Below are positions 36,893-46,385 of a stretch of 64,000 bases of DNA, piece by piece (the first letter of the stretch is position 1; every line of letters begins with the position of its first letter). Where the stretch lies: the NCBI GenBank assembly GCA_947630175.1, contig CANRGJ010000013.1, positions 7,090-71,089 of the forward strand, given 5' to 3'. Source of the stretch: an uncultured Ruminiclostridium sp. Its GTDB lineage: Bacteria > Bacillota > Clostridia > Oscillospirales > Ruminococcaceae. The notes beneath the pieces were generated by a model. That model did not search any database. It was not told the DNA's origin and worked only from the letters and a program-made list of their open reading frames with translations. A program made the translations under genes and the position numbers.

Positions 36893-37062
36893 AATAATAT
36901 TTTATCATAACGGCGGGATATTTTCAATAAAACAAGGCTGACGATTACGAAATCAAATCTGACTTTTACGAAATGCAAAAAGCCAAGGACTTATGAAAGG
37001 AAAAACAAAAAGTACCGATGAAAATTCATCGGTACTTCAAATCATTTATTGTGGGGAAAAAT

Positions 37063-37461
37063 CTATTCTTCCTCTTCCTCTATCCCACTCAGATCAAATT
37101 CCAGCGGCTCGCCGCAGTTAGGGCAGAGCATATCTCCCTGAGAGATAACGTCGAAGTCAACTACTACGCTGTTGCCGCACTTAGGACAGGTTATCTCATA
37201 CATATCCTCGTCCTCGCAGCCGCAGTCGCACCCGTCCTCGCCGAAAACGGCGTCCTCAAGGTCTGCAACGCTGTTGTCTATGTCGTTTACCGCGTCAGTG
37301 ATACCGTCAAGGTCAGTATCCACGTCCTCAAGCTGATATGCGATATCCTGAAGCACGTCCATTATCTGATACAGCACCTTTCCCTCAGGGGTTTCCGCGT
37401 CCAGCTTAAGACCCTCCGCAAGACCCTTTAAGAAAGCTACCTTTTCGGAAATATCCATCAT
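37063..37461 (-). CDS. CD1247-like acidic protein with C-terminal Zn-ribbon
   Basis: SEKVAFLKGLAEGL N-terminus; CPKC..CPNCG. Confidence 0.8.
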   Translation of the reverse strand: MMDISEKVAFLKGLAEGLKLDAETPEGKVLYQIMDVLQDIAYQLEDVDTDLDGITDAVNDIDNSVADLEDAVFGEDGCDCGCEDEDMYEITCPKCGNSVVVDFDVISQGDMLCPNCGEPLEFDLSGIEEEEE

Positions 37462-37485
37462 AGTCTGCTCCTTTCACATGAAAAA

Positions 37486-38049
37486 TTACTTGCTTGCGCG
37501 TTCCATATATTCGCCCGTTCTGGTGTCGATACGGATAACGTCGCCGATGTCGATGAACAGGGGAACTCTTATCTCAGCGCCGGTTTCCAGCGTTGCGGGC
37601 TTGGTGGCGTTGGTGGCGGTGTCGCCCTTGAAGCCGGGCTCGGTCTGAGTGACCTCAAGCTCAACAAAGTTGGGAGGCTCTACGCCGAATACGTTGCCCT
37701 TGTAGCTGAGTATCTTGCACACCATATTTTCCTTTACAAAGCGGAAGTTGTCGCCCAGGTCCTTCTTGTTGATAGGCACCTGCTCGTAGGTCTCGCTGTC
37801 CATAAAGTAGTATAAGTCGCCGTCGCTGTAAGTATACTCCATATCCTTCCTCTCGATGTAGGCGGTGGGGAACTTGGCGGTGGGGTTGTAGGATTTTTCA
37901 ACTACTGCGCCTGTGATGACGTTCTTGGTCTTGGTACGGACGAAAGCGGAGCCTTTTCCCGGCTTAACGTGCTGGAACTCGATGACCTGCACCACGTTGC
38001 CGTCCTCTTCAAAGGTAACGCCGTTTCTGAAATCGCCTGCTGTTATCAT
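37486..38049 (-). CDS. efp: Elongation factor P
   Basis: [42 protein letters not shown]. Confidence 0.97.
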   Translation of the reverse strand: MITAGDFRNGVTFEEDGNVVQVIEFQHVKPGKGSAFVRTKTKNVITGAVVEKSYNPTAKFPTAYIERKDMEYTYSDGDLYYFMDSETYEQVPINKKDLGDNFRFVKENMVCKILSYKGNVFGVEPPNFVELEVTQTEPGFKGDTATNATKPATLETGAEIRVPLFIDIGDVIRIDTRTGEYMERASK

Positions 38050-38185
38050 AAATAAACCTCCGAAATTTTGTTAAGCGAAAAATCGCAAATTTACACAATA
38101 TTATTGTAACTTATTTGTAATGATTTTGCAAGTGTTTTTTGAAAAAAATTTGTTTTAGCGCCCTGCGGATTTTTTGTTGTACGAC

Positions 38186-39022
38186 TTACTCCTTCGGAGC
38201 TTCCACCAGAGTGTAAAGCTCTCTGTCGTCGCCGCTTATCTCAACGCCCTTTGCCTCAAACAGCTCTGACACGGTGGCAAACTGATAGCCCTCGTCTAAA
38301 AGCTGAGGTATCAGCGTATCCAGCATTTCCACGGTAAGGTCGTTGCCCTTTGCGTCGTGGAGCAGGATTATAACGCCGTCCTTTATCTGTCTGTTAAGAG
38401 ATTTCAGCCTTTTTTCAACGCTCACGTCGGGGTCCCAGTCGTTGCACCCAACGCCGTTTATGAACGGCATATCTATGTTGGCGTACATCGTGTCGCTTAC
38501 GGCGATATACGGCGGGCGGAAGAACTTAGTAGTTTCTCCCGTTATCTCCTCCACCTTGTCGGCAACGAACTTGACTTCTTCGGCAATGTCCTCTGCGCCC
38601 ATCTTGTTCATATAGGAATGGGTCTTGGAGTGATTGTTTATCTCACAGCCCATATCGTAGGCTCTTTTCACCGACTTTGCCGACTCATCGTCGATGTTGT
38701 CCCCGATAAGGAAGAAAGACGCCTTCACCTTATATTTCTGAAGCAGATCAAGCACCTGATTTGTGGTAGTGGTATTGGGTCCATCGTCAAAGGTCAGCGC
38801 AATAACAGGCTTTGACGGGTCTATCTCGTAATCTATCACAACGTCCTCCATAGGCTTTTCCTCCTCCTTTTCGGTATTTTCTTCGGTAATTTCTTCGCCT
38901 GAGCTTTCGCTTTCTCTGTCGTCCGAGGGCGGAACAAAGTCCTGCTGAAGTCCCTCGCTGTCACAGGAAGTCAGCGCCGCCGCAATGCACAGTGCGGATA
39001 AGACTGATATAAACTTTTTCAT
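38186..39022 (-). CDS. Polysaccharide deacetylase (CE4/NodB) lipoprotein
   Basis: Lipobox LTSC; TFDDGP, HSKTH, FRPPY, DW, LLHD. Confidence 0.9.
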   Translation of the reverse strand: MKKFISVLSALCIAAALTSCDSEGLQQDFVPPSDDRESESSGEEITEENTEKEEEKPMEDVVIDYEIDPSKPVIALTFDDGPNTTTTNQVLDLLQKYKVKASFFLIGDNIDDESAKSVKRAYDMGCEINNHSKTHSYMNKMGAEDIAEEVKFVADKVEEITGETTKFFRPPYIAVSDTMYANIDMPFINGVGCNDWDPDVSVEKRLKSLNRQIKDGVIILLHDAKGNDLTVEMLDTLIPQLLDEGYQFATVSELFEAKGVEISGDDRELYTLVEAPKE

Positions 39023-39050
39023 TGTATTTCACCTGTATAAAGCGTATAAT

Positions 39051-40121
39051 TTAAATATAGATAAGGGTCTTGGGCGTTTCGGTGAGCAGCTTGCAGCCGT
39101 CCCTTGTAACCACAGCCATATCCTCTATTCTCACGCCGTATCTTCCGGGAATGTAAACTCCGGGCTCGATAGTGATTATCATACCCTCGTGCAGGGTAGT
39201 GCCGCTTCTTTTGTTTACGGTAGGGCCCTCGTGTATCTCCAGCCCCACGCCGTGACCCAGCCCGTGAGTGAAATATTCCTCATATCCCCAGGCGTCAAGC
39301 GTGCTTCTCGCCACGTTGTCCACCAGCTTGCAGGAAATATCCGCCCTCACCGCCTTGATAGCGTCGGTATTTGCGCCCCACACTGCGTTGTAGATGTTCT
39401 TCATCTCCTCAGTGGGCTTTCCGAACACCACCGTCCTCGTCATATCGGAGTGATAGCCCTTGTAGGTAGCGCCAAAGTCCAGCGTGAGGAAATCCCCCTC
39501 CATTATCTTTTTGTCCGTGGGAACGGCGTGAGGACACGCCGAATTTACCCCCGAAGCGGCAATAGTGGGGAACGAAACGCCCTCCGAGCCGAAATCCATC
39601 ATAAAAAATTCAAGGAACGCCGCAACCTGCTTTTCCGTCTGCCCAGTCCTCATATTAGAAAGGAGCTTTGTGAACGCCGCTTCCGCTATCCTCTGCGCCT
39701 TTGTGATATAGGAAATTTCCTCGTCGGATTTTATTATACGCATATTTTTCATAAAGTCGGAAAGGCGGTTGGAGGAATCGATGTGTACGGCGGAAAATCT
39801 CCTTTTCAGCGCCGACAGCTCCGATATCCTCATATACTCGTCCTCGACGCTTATAGTCTCAATGCGGTGCTTGTTCAGCAGTTCTCCTATCTGGTCGTAA
39901 AGATTTTCCTGCAAAATCACCTTGCAAAGCGGTTCTCTCACCTGCTGCACGGTATGCTCATAATAGCGGGCGTCAATGAAGAAATACGCCCCCTCCTTAG
40001 TTACCAGCATAGTTCCGTCCTCAGAGCCGAAGCCCGTCAGGTATCTCTTGGAGACCTCCGAGGTTATCAGCGCAGCGTCCTTCTTGCTTGGCAGCCACAT
40101 TATCAGCTTGTCGATGTTCAT
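39051..40121 (-). CDS. Xaa-Pro aminopeptidase (M24B)
   Basis: DFGATYKGYHSDMTRT, HGLGHGVGLEIHE, TIEPGVY, GVRIED; typical efp neighbour. Confidence 0.93.
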   Translation of the reverse strand: MNIDKLIMWLPSKKDAALITSEVSKRYLTGFGSEDGTMLVTKEGAYFFIDARYYEHTVQQVREPLCKVILQENLYDQIGELLNKHRIETISVEDEYMRISELSALKRRFSAVHIDSSNRLSDFMKNMRIIKSDEEISYITKAQRIAEAAFTKLLSNMRTGQTEKQVAAFLEFFMMDFGSEGVSFPTIAASGVNSACPHAVPTDKKIMEGDFLTLDFGATYKGYHSDMTRTVVFGKPTEEMKNIYNAVWGANTDAIKAVRADISCKLVDNVARSTLDAWGYEEYFTHGLGHGVGLEIHEGPTVNKRSGTTLHEGMIITIEPGVYIPGRYGVRIEDMAVVTRDGCKLLTETPKTLIYI

Positions 40122-40289
40122 TCTTCTGTTTAGCTCCTTTTTAAAATGAAATCATAAATTATTTTTTTCGTGAAAGCACGGTTTATAAATCGTCGAATGT
40201 GTGTTACCTGTGTGTTTTGGATTTTTGTCCCAATTTTCGGGCAAAATTTTTAGGAAAAATTTAGAAATTCACACCCTTGCAGCTCCGAC

Positions 40290-41086
40290 TCATTCAAGCG
40301 CAAAATGGGGAATTGTCAAAGGATCATAACTTTTCGCTTTAATCTTAACAGAATTTTCCGGAAAAACCTCCTCAATGATCTGATGTTCCAGCTTCCGCCT
40401 TTTCTCCAGATGTTCGATCAATCCTCTCAATCCGGTTAATTTTTCCATCTTCCCATACGGCGAATCCTCAACATATCGGACCATCGCAGAAAACCACGAT
40501 TCCTTTCCATTATCGTCGATTCGTTCTTTTCGGACCCTGTCAATTGTTTCCGAGATATCTTCCACGTCCAGATAAATAATTCTGTATGCTCTGCTCCCGA
40601 GAGTGCTTTTTAATCTTCTGTAAAAATCCAGAATTTCATCATCGGACATTAAGAGATACAGCATCTGGTTTTCAATGATATTCTGAAAAACAGAACATTC
40701 AAAAATCTGTCCTTCTCCGTTCCAGTTTCCGAACCTCTCAAGAATAAGCTTTCAAATGCGTTTTTATCCAAATTTCCGTTATATATCTCATATTTTTCCA
40801 TATCTTTATAAAACCCCGGAATGTCTGTTGATATCTTTGTATAGCAGACGATCCTGTGGTTTCCTTCTTCCACCGTTTTGGCTTTGATTTCCGCATTGAG
40901 CGACGGATACTCTTCAAGTATTCTATCGTATTGCTTTTCTGTAACATAAGAACACCATGCCAACTCGACGGGTGAATAATCTCCCTCTTGAAAAACCTGA
41001 TAATTTTTCAGGTAACCTGAGAGCTGCTTAACAAATGTAGTCTTTCCCGCACCCTGCAATCCTTCAATAAAATAATTTCTTCTCAT
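40290..41086 (-). pseudogene. P-loop nucleotide-kinase-like protein split by a 1-nt frameshift near 40746-40750
   Basis: IEGLQGAGKTT in ORF 41086-40649; downstream frame reads ILERFGNWNGEGQIFECSVFQNIIENQMLYL into ORF 40664-40290. Confidence 0.7.
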
Positions 41087-41102
41087 TAAGTATTCTCCGG
41101 CA

Positions 41103-41537
41103 TTAAAGCTCAATAATGTCATAAACGGCTTTCAGCGCCAGCATATAGCTGTTCTTGCCAAAGCCCGCAATGCTCCCCCTGCAAACGGGAGCGATGACGG
41201 AATTGTGCCGAAATTCCTCCCTCGCCTGTATGTTGCTCATATGTACCTCAACAACGGGTATCTTTATTGCGGAGATAGCGTCCCGCAAAGCGTAGCTGTA
41301 ATGGGTCAGCGCCCCTGCGTTAAGGATAACTCCGTCCGCCTCGGTCATAGCGCTGTGGAGCTTGTCAACAATGTCCCCCTCGTGATTGCTCTGATAACAT
41401 TCCAGCTCTATCCCCAGCTTTTCCGCCTCGCCTTTCATCTCCGCCAGAATACTGTCAAGGCTTTCGTTTCCGTAAACTCCCGGCTCACGCACGCCCAGCA
41501 GGTTAAGGTTGGGACCGTTTATCACAAACACCTTCAT
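41103..41537 (-). CDS. aroQ: Type II 3-dehydroquinate dehydratase
   Basis: INGPNLNLLGVREPGVYG, QSNHEG, NAGALTHYS, EVHMSN..REEFR. Confidence 0.96.
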   Translation of the reverse strand: MKVFVINGPNLNLLGVREPGVYGNESLDSILAEMKGEAEKLGIELECYQSNHEGDIVDKLHSAMTEADGVILNAGALTHYSYALRDAISAIKIPVVEVHMSNIQAREEFRHNSVIAPVCRGSIAGFGKNSYMLALKAVYDIIEL

Positions 41538-42391
41538 TTTGCTTTCTCCTTACAGCTTTCAAAATATTTTTTCATCACCGAAACGTCCTCCGCCTGCGTT
41601 CCTGCACTTTCGCAGATTATTGTAGGCGTTAAGTCCCTCTCCGCAAAAAGTTCTATCAGCGGCTTGTAATCGGGACCGTACTCCTCGTCCTCAAAGGTAA
41701 GGTGCGCCTTTTCGCCGCCCGCCGTGTACATTATTTTGCTGAAATGAACGTGGAAATTTTTCAGCCGTTCATGTCCCAGCTTATTTTCTATCTCGTCAAG
41801 AATGGCGGCGTAATCGTCCTTGGTCTTTATCCCGCCCAGCGTTCTTGCGTTGAGATGTCCGAAATCCACGCAGGGCAAAAACCTTTCGTCCACCCCGCAC
41901 AGCTCAATGACCTCGGACAATGTGCCCAGCTGATTTATCTTTCCCATAGTTTCGGGGCAGATGATTATATCGGAAAGCCCTTTCTCGTCTAATCTTTTCT
42001 GCGCCCTTGCAAGAGTATCGGAGGCAAGCGCCAACGCCTGCTCTCTGCTGATTTTTGCGCAGGAGCCGCTGTGTACCACTATCTTTTTTGCTCCCAGCAA
42101 ATGCGCCGCCCTTGCGGACTCCTCGATATAGTCAAGGCTTTTCAGCCGTGTTTCCTCATTTTCTCCCGACAGGGAAATGAAGTAGGGAGTATGGAGGGAA
42201 AGGGTTATCCCGTTCTCCTCCGCCAGTTTAGGCAACAGGTCGTAGCTTTTCTGACTTATCCTGACGCCCCGTCCGCACTCTATCTCATACCCGTTCAGCC
42301 CAAGCTCCGCCAGATAAGCGGGAAGGTCCTCGGGGAATTTTCTTTTTCCGAAGCTGACCGAGTTTCCGCCCGGTCCGAATGAAATACTCAT
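41534..42391 (-). CDS. Endonuclease IV / AP-endonuclease family 2 TIM-barrel protein
   Basis: SLHTPYFISL, VVHSG, PETMGK..QLG, CVDFGHL, HVHFS, IICES; ATG 42391. Confidence 0.85.
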   Translation of the reverse strand: MSISFGPGGNSVSFGKRKFPEDLPAYLAELGLNGYEIECGRGVRISQKSYDLLPKLAEENGITLSLHTPYFISLSGENEETRLKSLDYIEESARAAHLLGAKKIVVHSGSCAKISREQALALASDTLARAQKRLDEKGLSDIIICPETMGKINQLGTLSEVIELCGVDERFLPCVDFGHLNARTLGGIKTKDDYAAILDEIENKLGHERLKNFHVHFSKIMYTAGGEKAHLTFEDEEYGPDYKPLIELFAERDLTPTIICESAGTQAEDVSVMKKYFESCKEKAK

Positions 42392-42723
42392 ATAACCACC
42401 CGTAGACAGTTGACAGTGTACAGTGCACAGTGAAAAGTTGAGGAGTTTTTCGCCGTAGGCGAAAAACGGATTAGGATTGCCGCCTGCAAATTCGCACCTG
42501 TCATCAAAATCCGTTTTTGCGAAGCAAAAACACCATAACTGTGCACTCATCACTTTGCACTCTTAACTTTTCGCTCTGCACTTTTGACTTTCGTTTGCGT
42601 GCAAATTCAACTTGCCGCCTGCAAATTCGCACCTGTCATTCAAATCCGTTTTTGCGAAGCAAAAACACCATAACTGTGCACTCATCACTTTGCACTCTTA
42701 ACTTTCAACCGTCAATTGTCAAT
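42392..42723. repeat. Heptamer-armed intergenic repeat, copy 1 (internal tandem duplication)
   Basis: ACAGTNN heptamer arm, TTTTTCGCCGTAGGCGAAAAA and TTTTTGCGAAGCAAAAA hairpins, CACTNNN arm; ~95-bp segment repeated at 135-bp spacing. Confidence 0.85.
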
Positions 42724-43215
42724 TTATTTAAGTTTAGAATAGTCTCTTTTGAAAAGCGCGCTTTCCAGCTTCCTTTTCAGCTTGAAGGAGGGTTTATCCT
42801 CCATGTGGAACGGCTCTACCAGAATGGTGGGCATACGCTTTAAATTCCCGCCGATGATGTCGGTGAATATCTGATCTCCCACCAGAGCGACGCTGTTTTT
42901 TGGTAGCCGCATTTTTTTCAGCGCCCTGCTGATACCAACGGTCAGCGGCTTGCAGGCAAAGGCGGTGTATTCCAGCCCCAGCTTTTTCGCCAGCGGCTCT
43001 ACCCGCTTTTTCGTGTTGTTGGACAAAACCCTCATCTTTATCCCCAGCCGCCGCATTTCCTCCAGCCATTCCATAACGCCCTCCTCGGCGGCGGGACTGC
43101 CGTGCATGGACAGCGTGTTGTCAAGGTCGAGGATAAGTCCGCGCAAATGATTTTTTTTGATGAAATCCTCGTCAATGGACAGCACGTTCTTCATCCACCA
43201 TTTAGGTTTAAACAT
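42724..43215 (-). CDS. yqeG: YqeG family HAD IIIA phosphatase
   Basis: LDLDNTL, VLSNN, ACKP, VGDQIFTDIIGGN. Confidence 0.9.
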   Translation of the reverse strand: MFKPKWWMKNVLSIDEDFIKKNHLRGLILDLDNTLSMHGSPAAEEGVMEWLEEMRRLGIKMRVLSNNTKKRVEPLAKKLGLEYTAFACKPLTVGISRALKKMRLPKNSVALVGDQIFTDIIGGNLKRMPTILVEPFHMEDKPSFKLKRKLESALFKRDYSKLK

Positions 43216-43320
43216 CTTGTGATAAGCCTTTCCAAAATATCATATATCCGCAAAAAAGAAATAAGCCAACCCTTTCAGGCTGGCTTACCGCTTTGTAAGT
43301 GCCGGAAACCGGCTTGATAT

Positions 43321-43497
43321 TTACTTGAACTTGCGCTTGCGAGCCGCTTCGGACTTTTTCTTGCGCTTTACCGAGGGCTTTTCGTAATGCTCTCTTTTGC
43401 GAACCTCAGCAAGTACGCCGTCGCGGGCGCAGGAACGCTTGAAACGCTTGAGCGCAGTTTCCAGTGACTCGTTTTTGCCCAGACGAACCTCTGCCAT
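43321..43497 (-). CDS. rpsU: 30S ribosomal protein S21 (58 aa, below ORF-track cutoff)
   Basis: Manual translation [58 protein letters not shown]; GGAGG RBS. Confidence 0.96.
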   Translation of the reverse strand: MAEVRLGKNESLETALKRFKRSCARDGVLAEVRKREHYEKPSVKRKKKSEAARKRKFK

Positions 43498-43583
43498 CTA
43501 TATCCCTCCTTTTGCCGTTTGGCACAAGGTAAATTTCATCGAACCGTTTAAGGCACAGCCTTAAAACCCAATGTTCACTTGAC

Positions 43584-43612
43584 ATTATACATTAAATTTA
43601 TCCCGTTGTCAA
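43584..43612 (-). promoter_or_regulatory. SigA promoter of rpsU
   Basis: TTGACA-17-TATAAT on minus strand. Confidence 0.8.
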
Positions 43613-43615
43613 TAG

Positions 43616-43969
43616 CTATTTCAAAAATTCTTCCGCACTTATCTCCACGCCGTCCTGCCACAGTCGCTCTAAATCGTAAAAATCTCTCGTTTCCTTGTGG
43701 AATATGTGTATCACCACGTCGATATAGTCCAGCACTATCCAGTTCGCCCCCTGATAGCCCTCGGTGCGTTTGGGCTCAAGTCCCGCCTGAGATAATTTAA
43801 ACTCCACCTCGTCCGCCAAAGCCTTGACCTGAGTTGAGCTGCTGCCGTTGGCTATGATGAAATAGTCTGCGATAACCGTCAGCTCATCTATCTTGATTAT
43901 CTTTATATTTTCTCCTCTTTTGCTGTCTATGGCTTTGACAGCTATTTCCAGAATTTCGTTATCCGTCAT
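43616..43969 (-). CDS. rsfS: Ribosome silencing factor
   Basis: KRGENI, ADYFIIANGSSSTQVKA, WIVLDYIDVVIHIF..R.FYDLERLW. Confidence 0.95.
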   Translation of the reverse strand: MTDNEILEIAVKAIDSKRGENIKIIKIDELTVIADYFIIANGSSSTQVKALADEVEFKLSQAGLEPKRTEGYQGANWIVLDYIDVVIHIFHKETRDFYDLERLWQDGVEISAEEFLK

Positions 43970-44550
43970 AGAATATACTCCTTTTTGTACTTTGCGTAGA
44001 AATTGTACCCTTCCAGCGTGCAGGCGGGTATCCTGTCCTTTTTGCCTATGGTCTTGCCTATCGACCAGCGCAGTATCATAAACATACCGTTGTCCAGGTC
44101 GTCCAATACTATTTTCCGATATTTTTCCACATCGTCATAATCTCTCTCCGCCGAAACGGTGTCCGCAAGAAAAACTATCTTTTCGATATCCGTCATATCC
44201 GCTTTTCCCACAGTGTGAAAGCGTATTGCGCTGAGTATCTCCTCGTCGGTTATCTTCAGCACATTCCTGACGTAATACGCTCCTGCGGGCGCATGCCACA
44301 GCTTCGGGCAGTCTATCTCGATAGGGTCGATATAAAACCCGCTGTTTTTTGCCTCCTCCAGCATAAGGTCAGGGTCGATCTCCTTCTGACAGTCGTGAAG
44401 AATTGCGGCGGTGTAAGCCTTGTCCACGTCAGCCCCGAACTTCTCCGCCAGCGTCACCGCCATTTTCGCCACATTGACGCTGTGCTTAAATCGTTTCCCG
44501 CCCATAAGGGGCTTTATTGTCTGTTCGTATTTTTTCAAGTCCTCGTTCAT
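43966..44550 (-). CDS. yqeK: HD-domain Ap4A hydrolase
   Basis: RFKHSVNV, ILHD, LWHAPAGA, IRFHTVG, FLAD; nadD-rsfS context. Confidence 0.88.
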   Translation of the reverse strand: MNEDLKKYEQTIKPLMGGKRFKHSVNVAKMAVTLAEKFGADVDKAYTAAILHDCQKEIDPDLMLEEAKNSGFYIDPIEIDCPKLWHAPAGAYYVRNVLKITDEEILSAIRFHTVGKADMTDIEKIVFLADTVSAERDYDDVEKYRKIVLDDLDNGMFMILRWSIGKTIGKKDRIPACTLEGYNFYAKYKKEYIL

Positions 44551-44604
44551 AATTTTGCTCTCTTTTAAATCAGAATTTATAATTTCCTGATAAATCGTAA
44601 GTTA

Positions 44605-45255
44605 TCAGCGTGCAAGTATGGTGTAAGTAGTTTTCCAGTTTCGCATAATTCGCACATCTGAAAATCCCGCTTTTTTCAGGACCTCAATTTCATGCTCCGC
44701 TGTCAGTGGCGTGTCATAGTGATAAAACTCATTCGGTTCAAGATCCTGCTCACTTTTCAGCTTTTCCAATTCAGAAAAGTAAAAATGTTCTGCTTCTTTC
44801 GACTCTGCGAAATAATCTGTCAGAACGAAATATCCATTGTCGGTCAGTGCGGTATTCAGCTTTTTATACAGCTTCAGCTTTTGTGCGGCGGTGAAGTGAT
44901 GGAGCGATTCGACTGAAACAGCGGCGTCAAGGCAGTTTGATCCAAAAGGAACATCGAAATAAGAACCGCAGATCAGCTTGATTTTGCGTTCTGAAAATTT
45001 CCGTTTCAGTGCCGTCAGCATATCGGCTGACAAATCGATCCCCACCACTGATGCTTCACTGTTCAGAATAAAGTAGTATTCAAGTTCAAGCCCTGTACCA
45101 CAGCCCAAATCAAGAACATTTACATCGTGTTCCAACGGCAGCAAGGCTGCTGTATAAGGATAAAATTCCTCTGCGCCCTCAATTTCCGTCATCATATGCT
45201 CTTCATATCCGTTCAAACGGGCAGTGAAAAAAGCGTCCATTTTTTCAAGCTTCAT
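44605..45255 (-). CDS. Class I SAM-dependent methyltransferase
   Basis: VLDLGCGTG, GIDLSADML, ESLHH; ATG 45255; more AT-rich than neighbours. Confidence 0.88.
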   Translation of the reverse strand: MKLEKMDAFFTARLNGYEEHMMTEIEGAEEFYPYTAALLPLEHDVNVLDLGCGTGLELEYYFILNSEASVVGIDLSADMLTALKRKFSERKIKLICGSYFDVPFGSNCLDAAVSVESLHHFTAAQKLKLYKKLNTALTDNGYFVLTDYFAESKEAEHFYFSELEKLKSEQDLEPNEFYHYDTPLTAEHEIEVLKKAGFSDVRIMRNWKTTYTILAR

Positions 45256-45277
45256 ATTATTCTCACTAACTTCCGCC

Positions 45278-45865
45278 TTATCCCCTATAAATCCCGTTTT
45301 CCAGAATATACTCCTTAACCTCCTCACTGAGCATTTCCGAAGTATCCCCGCCGTTTTTCAGCGTTTCCCGTATCAGGGTGGAAGAAACGTCGGTGACAGG
45401 CAGATTCAGCACCCGAACGTGCCCCAACTCTGCCGCCTTTTCGGTAAGGTCGGCGTAGCTGTCCTCCTCCCTTGCGGCGGCAACTACCGTACATTCCTTC
45501 AGTATACTTTCGTACCTGAACCACTTTTCAAAGGAAAAAAGCATATCCCCGCCGATAAGCAGGAAAAACTTCGTGCCCTTGGGGTAGTTGTCCTTTATTT
45601 TTCTGAGAGTATTTATAGTGTACCCCTCGCCGCCCAGTTTTTTCTCAATGTCGCTCACATTGTAAATTTTCCCCCGAAACGCCAGCCTGCACATCTCAAG
45701 GCGGTGCTGAAAGTCCGTGTCGGGAGTGGGTTTATGGGGGGAATGAAACGAGGGCATTATGATGATCTCCTCCAGCCCCAGCCGCTGACGACAGTTTTCC
45801 GCTAAGCGGATATGCCCAAGGTGCGGCGGGTCAAAGGCTCCCCCGAAAATTCCTACTCTTTTCAT
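45278..45865 (-). CDS. nadD: Nicotinate-nucleotide adenylyltransferase
   Basis: IFGGAFDPPHLGH, YTINT, LIGGD, VSSTLIR. Confidence 0.94.
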   Translation of the reverse strand: MKRVGIFGGAFDPPHLGHIRLAENCRQRLGLEEIIIMPSFHSPHKPTPDTDFQHRLEMCRLAFRGKIYNVSDIEKKLGGEGYTINTLRKIKDNYPKGTKFFLLIGGDMLFSFEKWFRYESILKECTVVAAAREEDSYADLTEKAAELGHVRVLNLPVTDVSSTLIRETLKNGGDTSEMLSEEVKEYILENGIYRG

Positions 45866-45889
45866 ATTTTACCTCTTTGCGTCTGAATA

Positions 45890-46183
45890 TCAGTCCAGAT
45901 AGGAGGGCCTTTTGTCGCCCTTTGGTCTGTGCTTGAAAAGCACTATCTTGTTTCCTATCACATGGACTATCTCACACTCCGCCGCCTCAGCCAGCACGCT
46001 TGCCGCCTCGCTTGGAGTAAGCTCACAGGTCTCCAGCACCTTCAGCTTTATCATCTCTCTTGCTTTCAGCGCGTCCTTTACCTGTTTTATCAGCGTATCT
46101 CCGATAGGATTTTTTCCCACCTGGAAGATCGTATCCATAGTTGAAGCTATGGACTTTAGTTTTGCTCTTTCTTTACTTGTCAT
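45890..46183 (-). CDS. yhbY: YhbY/CRM-domain RNA-binding protein
   Basis: MTSKERAKLKSIA, FQVGK, REMIKLKVL, VIGNKIVLF. Confidence 0.9.
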   Translation of the reverse strand: MTSKERAKLKSIASTMDTIFQVGKNPIGDTLIKQVKDALKAREMIKLKVLETCELTPSEAASVLAEAAECEIVHVIGNKIVLFKHRPKGDKRPSYLD

Positions 46184-46385
46184 AAAACCCCCGATGGCAG
46201 TTGACAGTGTACAGTGTACAGTGCAAAGTTGTGGAGTTTTTCGCCGCAGGCGAAAAACGGATTTGGATTGCCGCCTGCAAATTCGCACATGTCATTTCAA
46301 ATCCGTTTTTGCGAAGCAAAAACACCGTAACTGTGCACTTTTCACTTTGCACTCTTAACTTTTCGCTTTGCATTTTTAACTTATT
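46184..46385. repeat. Heptamer-armed intergenic repeat, copy 2
   Basis: Same core as copy 1 with CGCCGCAGGCG loop variant. Confidence 0.85.

Noticed and set aside
36733-36978. Short ORFs (81-109 aa) in the 36.4-37.0 kb gap
   Set aside because: No RBS, atypical composition, and they cross the predicted promoter/terminator; ncRNA explains the region better.
38985-40133. 382-aa plus-strand ORF
   Set aside because: Antisense shadow of the Xaa-Pro aminopeptidase.
42392-42553. N-terminal extensions of endonuclease, yhbY and similar ORFs in the track
   Set aside because: They are translations of the heptamer repeat element (CTVHCQLST-type), not protein.
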